NCBI GenBank assembly: GCA_045544195.1
Contig: JAZPYO010000022.1
Span: 12,681-76,680 of the forward strand
Direction: 5' to 3'
Length of the DNA stretch: 64,000 bases
Source of the DNA: Eubacteriales bacterium
Lineage (GTDB): Bacteria; Bacillota; Clostridia; Oscillospirales; CAG-272
Made by a program: the position numbers and the translations under genes. Position 1 is the first letter of the stretch, and each line of letters begins with the position of its first letter. Positions 55,485 through 64,000 of this stretch are shown piece by piece. Below the pieces are notes generated by a model, which was not told the DNA's origin, did not search any database, and saw nothing but the letters and a program-made list of their open reading frames with translations.

Positions 55485-57965
55485 TCAGCCGTGCATTTCG
55501 TCAAACCATGTGTTGTAAATATATACAACGCTGTTTTCATCCTCAGCATTCAGGAATTGAGCGTAATGCTCATTCTTTCTTACCTCAGCGTTAAGCGCCT
55601 TGAAGAAATCGGAATAAAGCTGAAGAATGACTGCATCGTATTCTTCGGATGTTGTGTACTGCAATGTACCTATAAGCTTCGTATAAGCAACTACTGTATC
55701 TTCTGCTGCCTTAATTGCTGCAACATTTTCATCAAGAGCTGTTTTTTCTGCTTCGCACTTTGCTTTTTCGGTCTTGAGCTTTTCATCAACGGGAGCAAGC
55801 TCCGCTTTGATATCGTCTACCACCTTCTGTGTGGGTGCGATAGCCGTCTTAGCCGCCTCAAGCTCTGTCTGTGCAGTTGCCAAAGCTGCTTCAGCAGCCG
55901 TTTTAGCCGCAGTAGCCTCTTCAATTCTGCCTGTATAATAATCTACCTGCTCCTGATCCACGGGAGTCTGTGCCTTATATTCGTCGATCTTTGCCTGGTG
56001 AGATGCGATCTCCTCTGTCTTTGCTGTTATGATAGCTGTCTGCTTATCAACCTCACCCTGCTTCTTGTTCAATTCATCCAGGAAGGGCTTGTTATCGGCA
56101 TTTGCTGCATCAAGTCTTACCTGAATTGCATCTCTCTGCGCCTGGATGGGATCGATTATCTGACGGAAGGGCTCGTAAGCAGCGGCAAGAGTTATATTAT
56201 CCTCACGGAGCTTAACAAGCGATGCGTTCGCATCATCAACCGCCTTCTGATACTCAGCGATCTTTGCAACTCTGTCATTTTCGGGGTTATAATCGTTAAG
56301 ACGCTTCAGAAGATCGTCCGAAAGAGCCTTTACATTTTTTATAAGCTCTGCATTTTCTTCCGTTTCGAACACAAATCCGAGATAGGGAGAAACGAGTGCC
56401 GTCTTGTTTGATTCCTTTGCCTGCTCCCAGATATCAAGGGGCATACCCTCTTCGGGATAAGCAATAAACGCGTTGCCCGTGGTATATATATCCATTATAT
56501 AATCACGGTTGAGTCTTTGCAAAGCACCTGTTTCCTCGTCTATCTTATAGTTAACACCGGGAATACCGTACTGCAAAAGATTTCTGAACTGGGAGTTTGT
56601 ATTGAGGAATGTGATTATTTCCATACATCTTTCAGCATCCTCAGCATACTTACTGATACCGAGCATATACTCACCCGTCGTTTCGCTTGTAGCTATGGGC
56701 TTTGCAACTGTTTTTACGATGTATTTATTGGGATCGAGCGTTGAAGGATACGAAGCATCGCCCTTTACTATTGCAAGACCGTACTTTGTATCAGCAGTGG
56801 GATTCTCGCAGAAATATCCGTTGCGCTCAAACTGCTTCATATAAGAATAGTGGTCGGTGAACTGCCACTGCGTGAGAATGTTCTTAGGAGTGGACTTCAA
56901 GCCGGATGTAGCAGCGTTCGAAAGATACGTTCCGAACATTGTAAGCTCACCGGGGAACAATCCTACGATACCGGGGGCATCTGCAAGGCTTATGGGCTGT
57001 ATATACGCATCGTCATCCGCCTTATCGTAAATGCCGATAAGTGAGTTAAGAATAGGAGTTACATCATCTCCCTCGCCCTCTTTTACAGCCTTAAGGTACT
57101 TAACAGTCTCAGCATCGGTCAATGTACCGATCTTATCGCTGTTAACGCCGTACTTTTCAACGAGCTCCTTATTAAGAACCATATATGTGGATTCGTATGC
57201 GATCTGTCTGTTTGTAGGAATTGCATATGTCGCGCCGCCTACCTTACCGCCGTAAAGGACATTGGGGTTTATGTAGTGGTACAGCTCGCTTGCGTTAGCT
57301 GCCAGCATCTCGTCAAGCTCAACGAGGAACGAGTCACCGTTTGTGGCGTACGTTTCGTCATTTACATATTTCAGAAGATTATCCGTACCGCAAATGAGGA
57401 ATACATCCATCTGTGTTGATGTAGCGGTAGGATACTTTTCAACAGACGAGCCAAGAATATTGAGCTCTGTTTCGTAGAATTCAGCGGTTTCCGATTCCTC
57501 TGCATTTTCTTCTACATACCATTTGCTCTTACCGCCTGCATCCTTGTCTGCGGCGATGAGCTTATCTATAGCAGCATGACGCTTCGATTCCTTTGCAGAA
57601 GCATCTGCCGCACTTTCCTGCTCTTCCTTAAGAGTTTCTTCTTCAGCTATATCAGCGACGATCTGGTCGATCTTCTGCTCGTATTCGCTTTCCTTGAAGT
57701 AACGGAGAATTACCTGCGTTTTGAAGCGCGATGTCGTTATTTCGTTTATTGCATCCTGAACGGCTTTTATAGCCTCATCGGTCGTTTCGTCGCCCGTCAT
57801 AAGCGTGAGAACCACCGTTTTGGGTTTTCTTGTTGCCGTTTCCTCTTGTTCGATTACCTCATCGGCAGTTTTTGAGGATGTGCAACCCGTCATAATAACG
57901 GAAAATGCCGTTACCGCGACAAGAAAAAATGCTAATAACCTCTTTTTCATTTGTTGTGTGACCAT
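55485..57965 (-). CDS. Extracellular solute-binding lipoprotein (ABC carbohydrate SBP-like, DUF3502-type) with a roughly 200-aa coiled-coil insertion
   Basis: Lipobox IMTGC; G.TYAIP, NKELVEKYG, AERCMEIITFLNTN...NLLQYGIPGVNY, SPYLGFVF; A/E/K/Q-rich heptad region before the final helices. Confidence 0.75.
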   Translation of the reverse strand: MVTQQMKKRLLAFFLVAVTAFSVIMTGCTSSKTADEVIEQEETATRKPKTVVLTLMTGDETTDEAIKAVQDAINEITTSRFKTQVILRYFKESEYEQKIDQIVADIAEEETLKEEQESAADASAKESKRHAAIDKLIAADKDAGGKSKWYVEENAEESETAEFYETELNILGSSVEKYPTATSTQMDVFLICGTDNLLKYVNDETYATNGDSFLVELDEMLAANASELYHYINPNVLYGGKVGGATYAIPTNRQIAYESTYMVLNKELVEKYGVNSDKIGTLTDAETVKYLKAVKEGEGDDVTPILNSLIGIYDKADDDAYIQPISLADAPGIVGLFPGELTMFGTYLSNAATSGLKSTPKNILTQWQFTDHYSYMKQFERNGYFCENPTADTKYGLAIVKGDASYPSTLDPNKYIVKTVAKPIATSETTGEYMLGISKYAEDAERCMEIITFLNTNSQFRNLLQYGIPGVNYKIDEETGALQRLNRDYIMDIYTTGNAFIAYPEEGMPLDIWEQAKESNKTALVSPYLGFVFETEENAELIKNVKALSDDLLKRLNDYNPENDRVAKIAEYQKAVDDANASLVKLREDNITLAAAYEPFRQIIDPIQAQRDAIQVRLDAANADNKPFLDELNKKQGEVDKQTAIITAKTEEIASHQAKIDEYKAQTPVDQEQVDYYTGRIEEATAAKTAAEAALATAQTELEAAKTAIAPTQKVVDDIKAELAPVDEKLKTEKAKCEAEKTALDENVAAIKAAEDTVVAYTKLIGTLQYTTSEEYDAVILQLYSDFFKALNAEVRKNEHYAQFLNAEDENSVVYIYNTWFDEMHG

Positions 57966-58105
57966 GCCTTTCTCCGACGCTTAAGAACATGCGCCGTAAT
58001 ATCGTTATAAACATACATGCTATATGTTACACTAAAAAAGTTTTACAGTCAAGTCATTTTTTTAAATAAAATATAAACTGTGATATATGATATTGAAAAA
58101 ACGTA

Positions 58106-59203
58106 TCAATCAAGGTAATCCTTCAATCTTTTCGAGCGGCTCGGATGTCTGAGCTTACGCAAAGCCTTTGCCTCTATCTGTCTTATACGCTCGCGCGTGA
58201 TATTGAATACCTTTCCGACCTCCTCAAGAGTTCTCGTTCTTCCGTCCTCAAGACCGAAGCGAAGGCGAAGAACCTGCGCTTCTCTGGGTGTCAGAGTATT
58301 GAGCACTTCATTAAGCTGCTCGCGAAGCAGGGTATAGAATGCGGCGTCGGCGGGAGCGGGTGAATCGTCATCGGGAATAAAGTCACCTAAATGACTGTCC
58401 TCCTCCTCACCGATGGGTGTTTCAAGCGATACAGGGTCCTGCGCGATCTTCATTATTTCGCGCACCTTTTCAACGCTCATATTCAGCTCTGCGGCGATCT
58501 CCTCGGCATTTGCATCTCTGCCGTACTGCTGGGAAAGCTGTCTGCTGGTCTTTGATACCTTGTGTATCGTTTCAACCATATGAACGGGTATTCTTATGGT
58601 TCTCGCCTGATCTGCGATAGCGCGTGTTATCGCCTGTCTTATCCACCACGTAGCATATGTTGAAAATTTATATCCCTTTGTATGATCGAATTTTTCGACC
58701 GCCTTCATAAGTCCGAGATTTCCCTCCTGAATAAGATCAAGAAAGAACATTCCCTTACTTACATATCTTTTTGCTATACTTACGACAAGACGCAGGTTAG
58801 CTGTTACAAGCTCACGCTTTGCTTTTTCATCGCCGTCAGCCATACGCTGCGCAAGATACAGCTCCCTTTCGCCGTCAAGCAAGGGAAACTGACCTATTTC
58901 CTTAAGATACATACGCACAGGGTCGTCTATCGGCAAGCCCTCCTGTGTAAGCATCTTCTCCATATCCTCGGCGCTTTCGTATTTTTCGACCTCGCTCTCG
59001 ATCTCTATAACCTCACCGTCGTTATCAAGATAGCCGACGACCTCAATACCCATGCTTTGCAGCGTATCGTAGAATTTTTCGGTTTGGTCAAGATCAAGAT
59101 CAAGCTCCTCCAGAGCTTCCATGATCTCGTTATTGGTAAGAGTTCCCTTCTGCTTACCCTTTTCAACGAGAGACTTCATGACTGCTTTTTTGTTCTGTTC
59201 CAT
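58106..59203 (-). CDS. rpoD: RNA polymerase primary sigma factor
   Basis: [89 protein letters not shown]. Confidence 0.99.
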   Translation of the reverse strand: MEQNKKAVMKSLVEKGKQKGTLTNNEIMEALEELDLDLDQTEKFYDTLQSMGIEVVGYLDNDGEVIEIESEVEKYESAEDMEKMLTQEGLPIDDPVRMYLKEIGQFPLLDGERELYLAQRMADGDEKAKRELVTANLRLVVSIAKRYVSKGMFFLDLIQEGNLGLMKAVEKFDHTKGYKFSTYATWWIRQAITRAIADQARTIRIPVHMVETIHKVSKTSRQLSQQYGRDANAEEIAAELNMSVEKVREIMKIAQDPVSLETPIGEEEDSHLGDFIPDDDSPAPADAAFYTLLREQLNEVLNTLTPREAQVLRLRFGLEDGRTRTLEEVGKVFNITRERIRQIEAKALRKLRHPSRSKRLKDYLD

Positions 59204-59234
59204 ATATAAACTTCCTTTCAGATTTGTGAGCCGT

Positions 59235-60983
59235 TTATTTGCGTTTTTTATCTATCAGAGCCTGCAGAGCGCTGAGCGTACCGTCATCGTCGTCTGCGGC
59301 ATTTTTTTCCTCCTCAAGCACTCTTGCGCTTTCGGTAAATACCGTATATGTATTGTTCGACAGTGCCTGGCGGTCGATACACAGCTTCGTTATCCTTCCT
59401 ATCTCCTCAGGCGAAAAATCGCCGGCTATAAAAGAAATATCAAACCGTCTTTCGCTGCTGAACACCCTGCAAATAGCCTCATATACCCTTTTGCCGAATG
59501 ACGTACAGAACATATCAGGCGTCAGCACGCCGTCAATAGCTGCCTTTTCGGTGTATTCTGGGTTTATCTGCGCTATTCCGAGTATAGTTTCCTCCGCCCT
59601 TGATGCGCGTATGTTTCTTGCTGCTTCCGGATTGACCTTATCGCCGTATCCCATACTTGCTCTGCGCACGTCCTCGCCGAGCTTTTTGTACGCATTTTTC
59701 CTCAGCGATGAACGCTTGCGTTTAACGTCGAGCTTCATGCTCTGCTCGGAAACATCAAGCAGCTTTGATGCCCTTGAGGTAAAAATATCACGCTCGACAT
59801 CAGATGAAATGCGCGCAAGAACCTCGCACACTTCCTTTGATGCTTTTGCCTTTTCCTCAGGCAAGGCGATATTATACTTTGCCATTATATCGTCGAATTT
59901 AAACTGAAATTCGCCCTTTGAATCATCTATCAGCTTTTTAAAGCGCTCTTTGCCGTATTTTTTCAAAAACTCATCAGGATCGACTCCGGGCGGAAGCGAC
60001 AGCGCCTTTACCTCGATAGATGCCGCAGTTAACACAGGGATCGCCCTTCGTGTCGCCTTTCTGCCCGCTTCATCTCCGTCATAGCAGATAATGACCTTCT
60101 CCTTATATTTTTTAAGGAGATTTGCCTGCTCCGGCGTGAACGCCGTACCGAGTCCCGCCACGGCATTTGTGAAGCCTGCGCCGTGCAGGGCAATAACGTC
60201 AGTATACCCCTCGCAAAGTATGAAATGATCCTCCTTGGAATTTTTCGCAAAATTCAAGGCAAAAATATTTCTTCCTTTTCTGAATGCGTCCGTATCGTTC
60301 GTATTGAGGTATTTCGGCTTTTCGTCACCGAGCGCTCTGCCGCCAAAGGCTACTACGTTTCCCGCAGGATCTATAATAGGAAATATAAGTCTGCCGCGAT
60401 AGTAATCAAACAGCCTTTGATTTTTCCCCTCTGCGCACAAAAACGCCGCCTTCATTTCATCTGCAGTATATCCGCACTGGCGCAAATGATTTGCCAACGC
60501 GCCGTATTCATCAGGGCAGTAGCCTATACCGAAATGTGTACCGAGCGGCCCGTCAAGCTCTCTTTTTGCCGCATACTGCATTGCCTTCGGATATTTTCCG
60601 CTTTTAAATGCTTTACGGAAAAAAACAGCCGCTTCCTTATTCATTTCCAATATACGCTTACGCATATTGATCTCTTTTTCAGCGTTTGCGCCAACAGGCA
60701 TTGAAAGTCCCGCGCGCTTTGCCAGATGCTCTATTGCAGACATATAATCGAGATTTTCAACACGCATTATAAACGTTATCACATCTCCGCCTGCTCCGCA
60801 TCCGAAGCAATAAAAGCTGTCGCTTTTTGAAAAAACCGTAAACGAAGGGGATTTTTCATTATGAAACGGACACAGCCCCTGATGGTTTGAGCCTGCACGC
60901 TTCAGCGTGACGTAGCTTCCGATAACGTCGATTATATCATTTCTCGCCTTTAGCTCTTCTATAAAGCCACTGTCAAAACGCAC
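59235..60983 (-). CDS. dnaG: DNA primase
   Basis: [11 protein letters not shown]...CFGCG zinc finger, [32 protein letters not shown]. Confidence 0.98.
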   Translation of the reverse strand: MRFDSGFIEELKARNDIIDVIGSYVTLKRAGSNHQGLCPFHNEKSPSFTVFSKSDSFYCFGCGAGGDVITFIMRVENLDYMSAIEHLAKRAGLSMPVGANAEKEINMRKRILEMNKEAAVFFRKAFKSGKYPKAMQYAAKRELDGPLGTHFGIGYCPDEYGALANHLRQCGYTADEMKAAFLCAEGKNQRLFDYYRGRLIFPIIDPAGNVVAFGGRALGDEKPKYLNTNDTDAFRKGRNIFALNFAKNSKEDHFILCEGYTDVIALHGAGFTNAVAGLGTAFTPEQANLLKKYKEKVIICYDGDEAGRKATRRAIPVLTAASIEVKALSLPPGVDPDEFLKKYGKERFKKLIDDSKGEFQFKFDDIMAKYNIALPEEKAKASKEVCEVLARISSDVERDIFTSRASKLLDVSEQSMKLDVKRKRSSLRKNAYKKLGEDVRRASMGYGDKVNPEAARNIRASRAEETILGIAQINPEYTEKAAIDGVLTPDMFCTSFGKRVYEAICRVFSSERRFDISFIAGDFSPEEIGRITKLCIDRQALSNNTYTVFTESARVLEEEKNAADDDDGTLSALQALIDKKRK

Positions 60984-61188
60984 TCTTCTTTCCCCCTTTT
61001 TTTATCCTAATATACGCAAAAAACACCTTTTTTTCTCCATCTATTTGCAGTATTTATTGTAAATAAAGTATTAACCGCAAAATACGATGCCTCTCGACTG
61101 CTTATTGTTTACATTTTTTATATTGAAATATTGCCCGACATATACTAAAATCCATAATATAATACGTTAAAAACGGAGTATTTGCATT

Positions 61189-61869
61189 ATGAAAAAAATA
61201 ACTGCGCTTTTGCTTATAATATGCTGCGTAATGTGCGTTGCCTGCTCGTCGGAAAAGCCGAGATCGGAAATGGATCCTGACGAACGGCTCACCGCATCGC
61301 TTGACGATATTTTCAATTCAGGTGCTTATGACATAAATGTAGAGATAAAATACGATGTGATAGACGGTGACAGATCAACTACTTTGCGTTCGCGTATTAT
61401 AAAAAACACCGTTGACGGTGTTGCAACCGTTCATTTACAGCGTATAAACGATGATGCAACAACAGACGAATATTACATAGGCAATAAGTTTTATAAAGCT
61501 GACGGAAAGCTGTCACACGCAAATTATACCTTTGACCTTTCAAAAGAAACACTTTTTCACGATCTTGACAAGAGCTTTATGGGAGATTATCAGTACGTGG
61601 ACGGGGCAGAATACAAAACGTATGAGTTCGATGTTCCGAGCAAAAAGCTGTCAGATCTTATGTCCGACGGCTCCGGTATGATACCGAAAAAGGCATCGGG
61701 AAGCGTCATCCTCAGTCTTGACGGTTATCCCAAGGGATACCGTATAAACGCGACAACTGAGTACTGGATGAGTGAAAATATGTTTTACGAATATGATCTT
61801 ACTCTTACTGTAACTGTAAATGCTGTCGGCTCTGCCGTACAGAAGATCTCCGTTCCGTTTGAGGTATGA
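61189..61869 (+). CDS. Lipoprotein, possibly LolA/LppX-like beta-sheet fold
   Basis: MKKITALLLIICCVMCVAC lipobox; beta-rich; C-terminal G.V.L..DGY...N......I.VP pattern (fold call tentative). Confidence 0.65.
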   Translation: MKKITALLLIICCVMCVACSSEKPRSEMDPDERLTASLDDIFNSGAYDINVEIKYDVIDGDRSTTLRSRIIKNTVDGVATVHLQRINDDATTDEYYIGNKFYKADGKLSHANYTFDLSKETLFHDLDKSFMGDYQYVDGAEYKTYEFDVPSKKLSDLMSDGSGMIPKKASGSVILSLDGYPKGYRINATTEYWMSENMFYEYDLTLTVTVNAVGSAVQKISVPFEV

Positions 61870-61879
61870 AATTTAATAT

Positions 61880-61914
61880 AAAAAGTTGACAGATGTTTCT
61901 TCTGTCAACTTTTT
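61880..61914. terminator. Bidirectional intrinsic terminator
   Basis: AAAAAGTTGACAGA-7 nt-TCTGTCAACTTTTT between convergent genes. Confidence 0.88.
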
Positions 61915-61927
61915 TCTTTTATGTTCA

Positions 61928-62557
61928 TTACGCTACAAAAACTCTTATATCGGAAAGATCACCGTTTTCAAATGCCTTGCGGCTTATGAGAAAATACAGG
62001 CACGTTCCGTTTTCAAAATTGAACGATACATTTTCATCCTCAAATTCGCTGAATGCGGCAAGAACTATACTGTCATCATCAGGTGACATTGCATCACTTT
62101 CTTCATCTCCGTATTCACCGTCATACTCCCCATACAGCTCCTCATCCTCAAATTCCTCATCGTCGGGCGGCAGTATGCTTACGATTCCCTGCTCTGCGGG
62201 CAGCATCATATATGCATCGGGAGAAACATCGTTTCCGTTCTCATCCACAAGACGCATCTGCGACAGCGACGATCTGTCACCTGTATAAAGAATAACCTTT
62301 GCACCGTCCTTGATATTCGGTGTTGACGGACAATTCAAGGCATCATAAAAGAAATACAAAATTCCATCGTCTGGAAGATATTCGCTTTCAATGCTGCTGC
62401 AGCTCACCTGGCACAGAAACATCATATCGCTTTCGTTGCCGTATTTATCCGTTGCAACCGGCCAAACAAAATCATCACAGACGTTAGGTGAGCCAAACAT
62501 GCGGTCCGCACCGCAGTCGTCAGTTTCTTTTGCTTTTTTCAAAATAAATTCCGCCAT
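61928..62557 (-). CDS. DUF1963/YwqG-family protein
   Basis: RMFGSP..C.DFVWP, MFLCQV.C, LP..GILYFFYD, G.CLYFLISRKAFENGDLS; acidic insert. Confidence 0.78.
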   Translation of the reverse strand: MAEFILKKAKETDDCGADRMFGSPNVCDDFVWPVATDKYGNESDMMFLCQVSCSSIESEYLPDDGILYFFYDALNCPSTPNIKDGAKVILYTGDRSSLSQMRLVDENGNDVSPDAYMMLPAEQGIVSILPPDDEEFEDEELYGEYDGEYGDEESDAMSPDDDSIVLAAFSEFEDENVSFNFENGTCLYFLISRKAFENGDLSDIRVFVA

Positions 62558-62669
62558 ATCTTTTCTCCGTTAAATGAATTCAGAAATGCAGTGATCTGTT
62601 GCATACTGTATATCACAGTCAGTATGCATTTACTTTATTGTATCTATCATTCGAGCACTGTTTTTCAGC

Positions 62670-62698
62670 ATTATATCATACCGTTTTGTACGTGTCAA
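62670..62698 (-). promoter_or_regulatory. Perfect sigma-A promoter of the DUF1963 gene
   Basis: TTGACA-17 bp-TATAAT with extended -10 TG. Confidence 0.75.
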
Positions 62699-62790
62699 CA
62701 AATAATTTTTATATTATTGTTGCAAAATTTATTTTTGGGATATAAAATTATACTATTAACGACCCAAACGGTCAGAAAGGATAATTGATT

Positions 62791-63765
62791 ATGGCATTAC
62801 CAAATTTCAAGGACAAAACAATTCCGACAAAGGCAATAAAGATCGCCGTTTCAGCAATCATCATCGTATTTGTATTGGGATCATTGATCTTAACCTCCCT
62901 TTACACAGTTGACGATAAGCAGCAGGCGGTCATCACCACATTCGGCAAGGTGACGGAGGTCACTGACGCGGGCATACATTTCAAGCTCCCGTTCGGCATT
63001 CAGGAAGCACACATTGTAGACGTTAACATTTCCCGCAAGCTCGAGATAGGATACAGAAGCGATGCAGCAGATGCAACGCAGTTTGAAACCGTCGAAAGAG
63101 AAAGCAAGATGATAACAGGCGATATGAACATCGTAAACGTCGATTTCTTCGTCGAATACAAGATCTCCGATCCCGTTAAATATCTGTTCAATTCAAAGGA
63201 CCCCGAAAGCATATTGAAAAATCTCGTTCAGAGCCAGATACGCAACGTCATAGGCTCTGCAAAGGCTGATGATGTACTTACATCAAGCAAAGCATCATTA
63301 CAGCAGGAAATAAAGACACTTACAATATCCGAGCTTGAAGCGTACGATATAGGTCTTATAGTAACGGACGTGCGTATTCAGGACGCAGAGCTGCCGACAG
63401 ATGCGGTAAATGAAGCGTATAAGGAGGTCGTTAACGCATATCAGGGAATGGAAGCGGCGATCAACCTTGCCGAAGCATACAAAAACTCTGAAATTCCAAA
63501 GATGGAAGCACAGGTCGATAAAATACTGAAGGATGCTGAGGTACAGAAGCAGGAGCGCATAAACGAAGCCAATATGCAGGTTTCAATGTTCAACGCTATG
63601 TATGAGCAATACGCGCTTAATCCTCAGGCAACATTGACGAGAATGTATTACGAGGCAATACAGCAGGCTCTGCCCGATGTAAAGCTATACATTGATATGT
63701 CAGACGGTGACACCCAGAAGCTCCTCCCTCTTGAAAACTTCGTAACACAAGGAGATAAACAATGA
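62791..63765 (+). CDS. hflK: FtsH protease modulator HflK (SPFH/band 7)
   Basis: N-terminal TM, AVITTFGK, GIHFKLPFGI, MITGDMNIVNVDF.VEYKISDP, RMYYEAIQQAL. Confidence 0.93.
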   Translation: MALPNFKDKTIPTKAIKIAVSAIIIVFVLGSLILTSLYTVDDKQQAVITTFGKVTEVTDAGIHFKLPFGIQEAHIVDVNISRKLEIGYRSDAADATQFETVERESKMITGDMNIVNVDFFVEYKISDPVKYLFNSKDPESILKNLVQSQIRNVIGSAKADDVLTSSKASLQQEIKTLTISELEAYDIGLIVTDVRIQDAELPTDAVNEAYKEVVNAYQGMEAAINLAEAYKNSEIPKMEAQVDKILKDAEVQKQERINEANMQVSMFNAMYEQYALNPQATLTRMYYEAIQQALPDVKLYIDMSDGDTQKLLPLENFVTQGDKQ

Positions 63766-64000
63766 AAAAAACATTAAAGATACTTATTCCTGCCGCAATT
63801 CTTTTTATACTCATTATCATAGGCTCACAAAGCTATTTTGTAGTTCAGGAAAATGAATACGTATGCACAGTACGCTTTTCCAAAATAATAGATACGAAAT
63901 CAGAGCCCGGTATATATATCAAGGTTCCCTTTATTGATACTGTAAAGGTATTCCCCAATACCACTCTGTTTTACGATATTCCTCCGTCCGAGGTGCTTAC
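63762..64000 (+). CDS. hflC: FtsH protease modulator HflC, 5' part (runs off the window)
   Basis: ATGA overlap with the hflK stop; MKKTLKILIPAAILFILIIIGSQSYFVVQENEY...RFSKII....EPGIYIKVPFID. Confidence 0.9.
   Translation, partial: MKKTLKILIPAAILFILIIIGSQSYFVVQENEYVCTVRFSKIIDTKSEPGIYIKVPFIDTVKVFPNTTLFYDIPPSEVL

Noticed and set aside
55491-56411. 306-aa plus-strand ORF
   Set aside because: Antisense shadow of the biased codons in the coiled-coil region; Cys/Leu/Phe-rich, no RBS or motif.
59239-59907. 222-aa plus-strand ORF, and similar short ORFs opposite glg, gap, prfA and the giant gene
   Set aside because: They lie entirely antisense to, or out of frame within, well-supported genes; typical shadow ORFs.

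Overview
A 64-kb chromosomal window from a moderate-GC Firmicute. The gene repertoire (glgBCDAP, yabPQ-divIC, dockerin/cohesin, Rnf/EET-type accessory genes) suggests a sporulating anaerobic Clostridia; this is inferred, not a taxonomic assignment. I found no rRNA, tRNA, CRISPR array, transposase or integrase. Housekeeping blocks are rpe, a glycogen operon extended by a GH13 enzyme and an aconitase-like hydratase, gap, a DUF951-prfA-sua5/coaE-slt-M18 peptidase operon, an OmpR-type two-component system, yabP-yabQ-divIC, dnaG-rpoD and hflKC. Between them lie many large secreted or surface proteins: EEP-GLUG, CBM-like, a 2756-aa metallophosphoesterase/VWA protein, an LTD-CotH-RCC1 lipoprotein, an LRR-dockerin plus cohesin pair, and a solute-binding protein with a coiled-coil insert. 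Five observations stand out. (1) A 1.2-kb XRE-switch cassette with twin operators, flanked by two near-identical copies of a terminator hairpin. (2) An in-frame Sua5-CoaE fusion. (3) A translationally coupled, non-cellulosomal dockerin/cohesin display pair. (4) An HtrA-like protein that has lost its whole catalytic triad. (5) That pseudoprotease heads a gene run ending in ApbE and a CotH kinase lipoprotein, with no FMN-binding substrate in view. All domain calls come from motifs recognised by eye, not from database searches.
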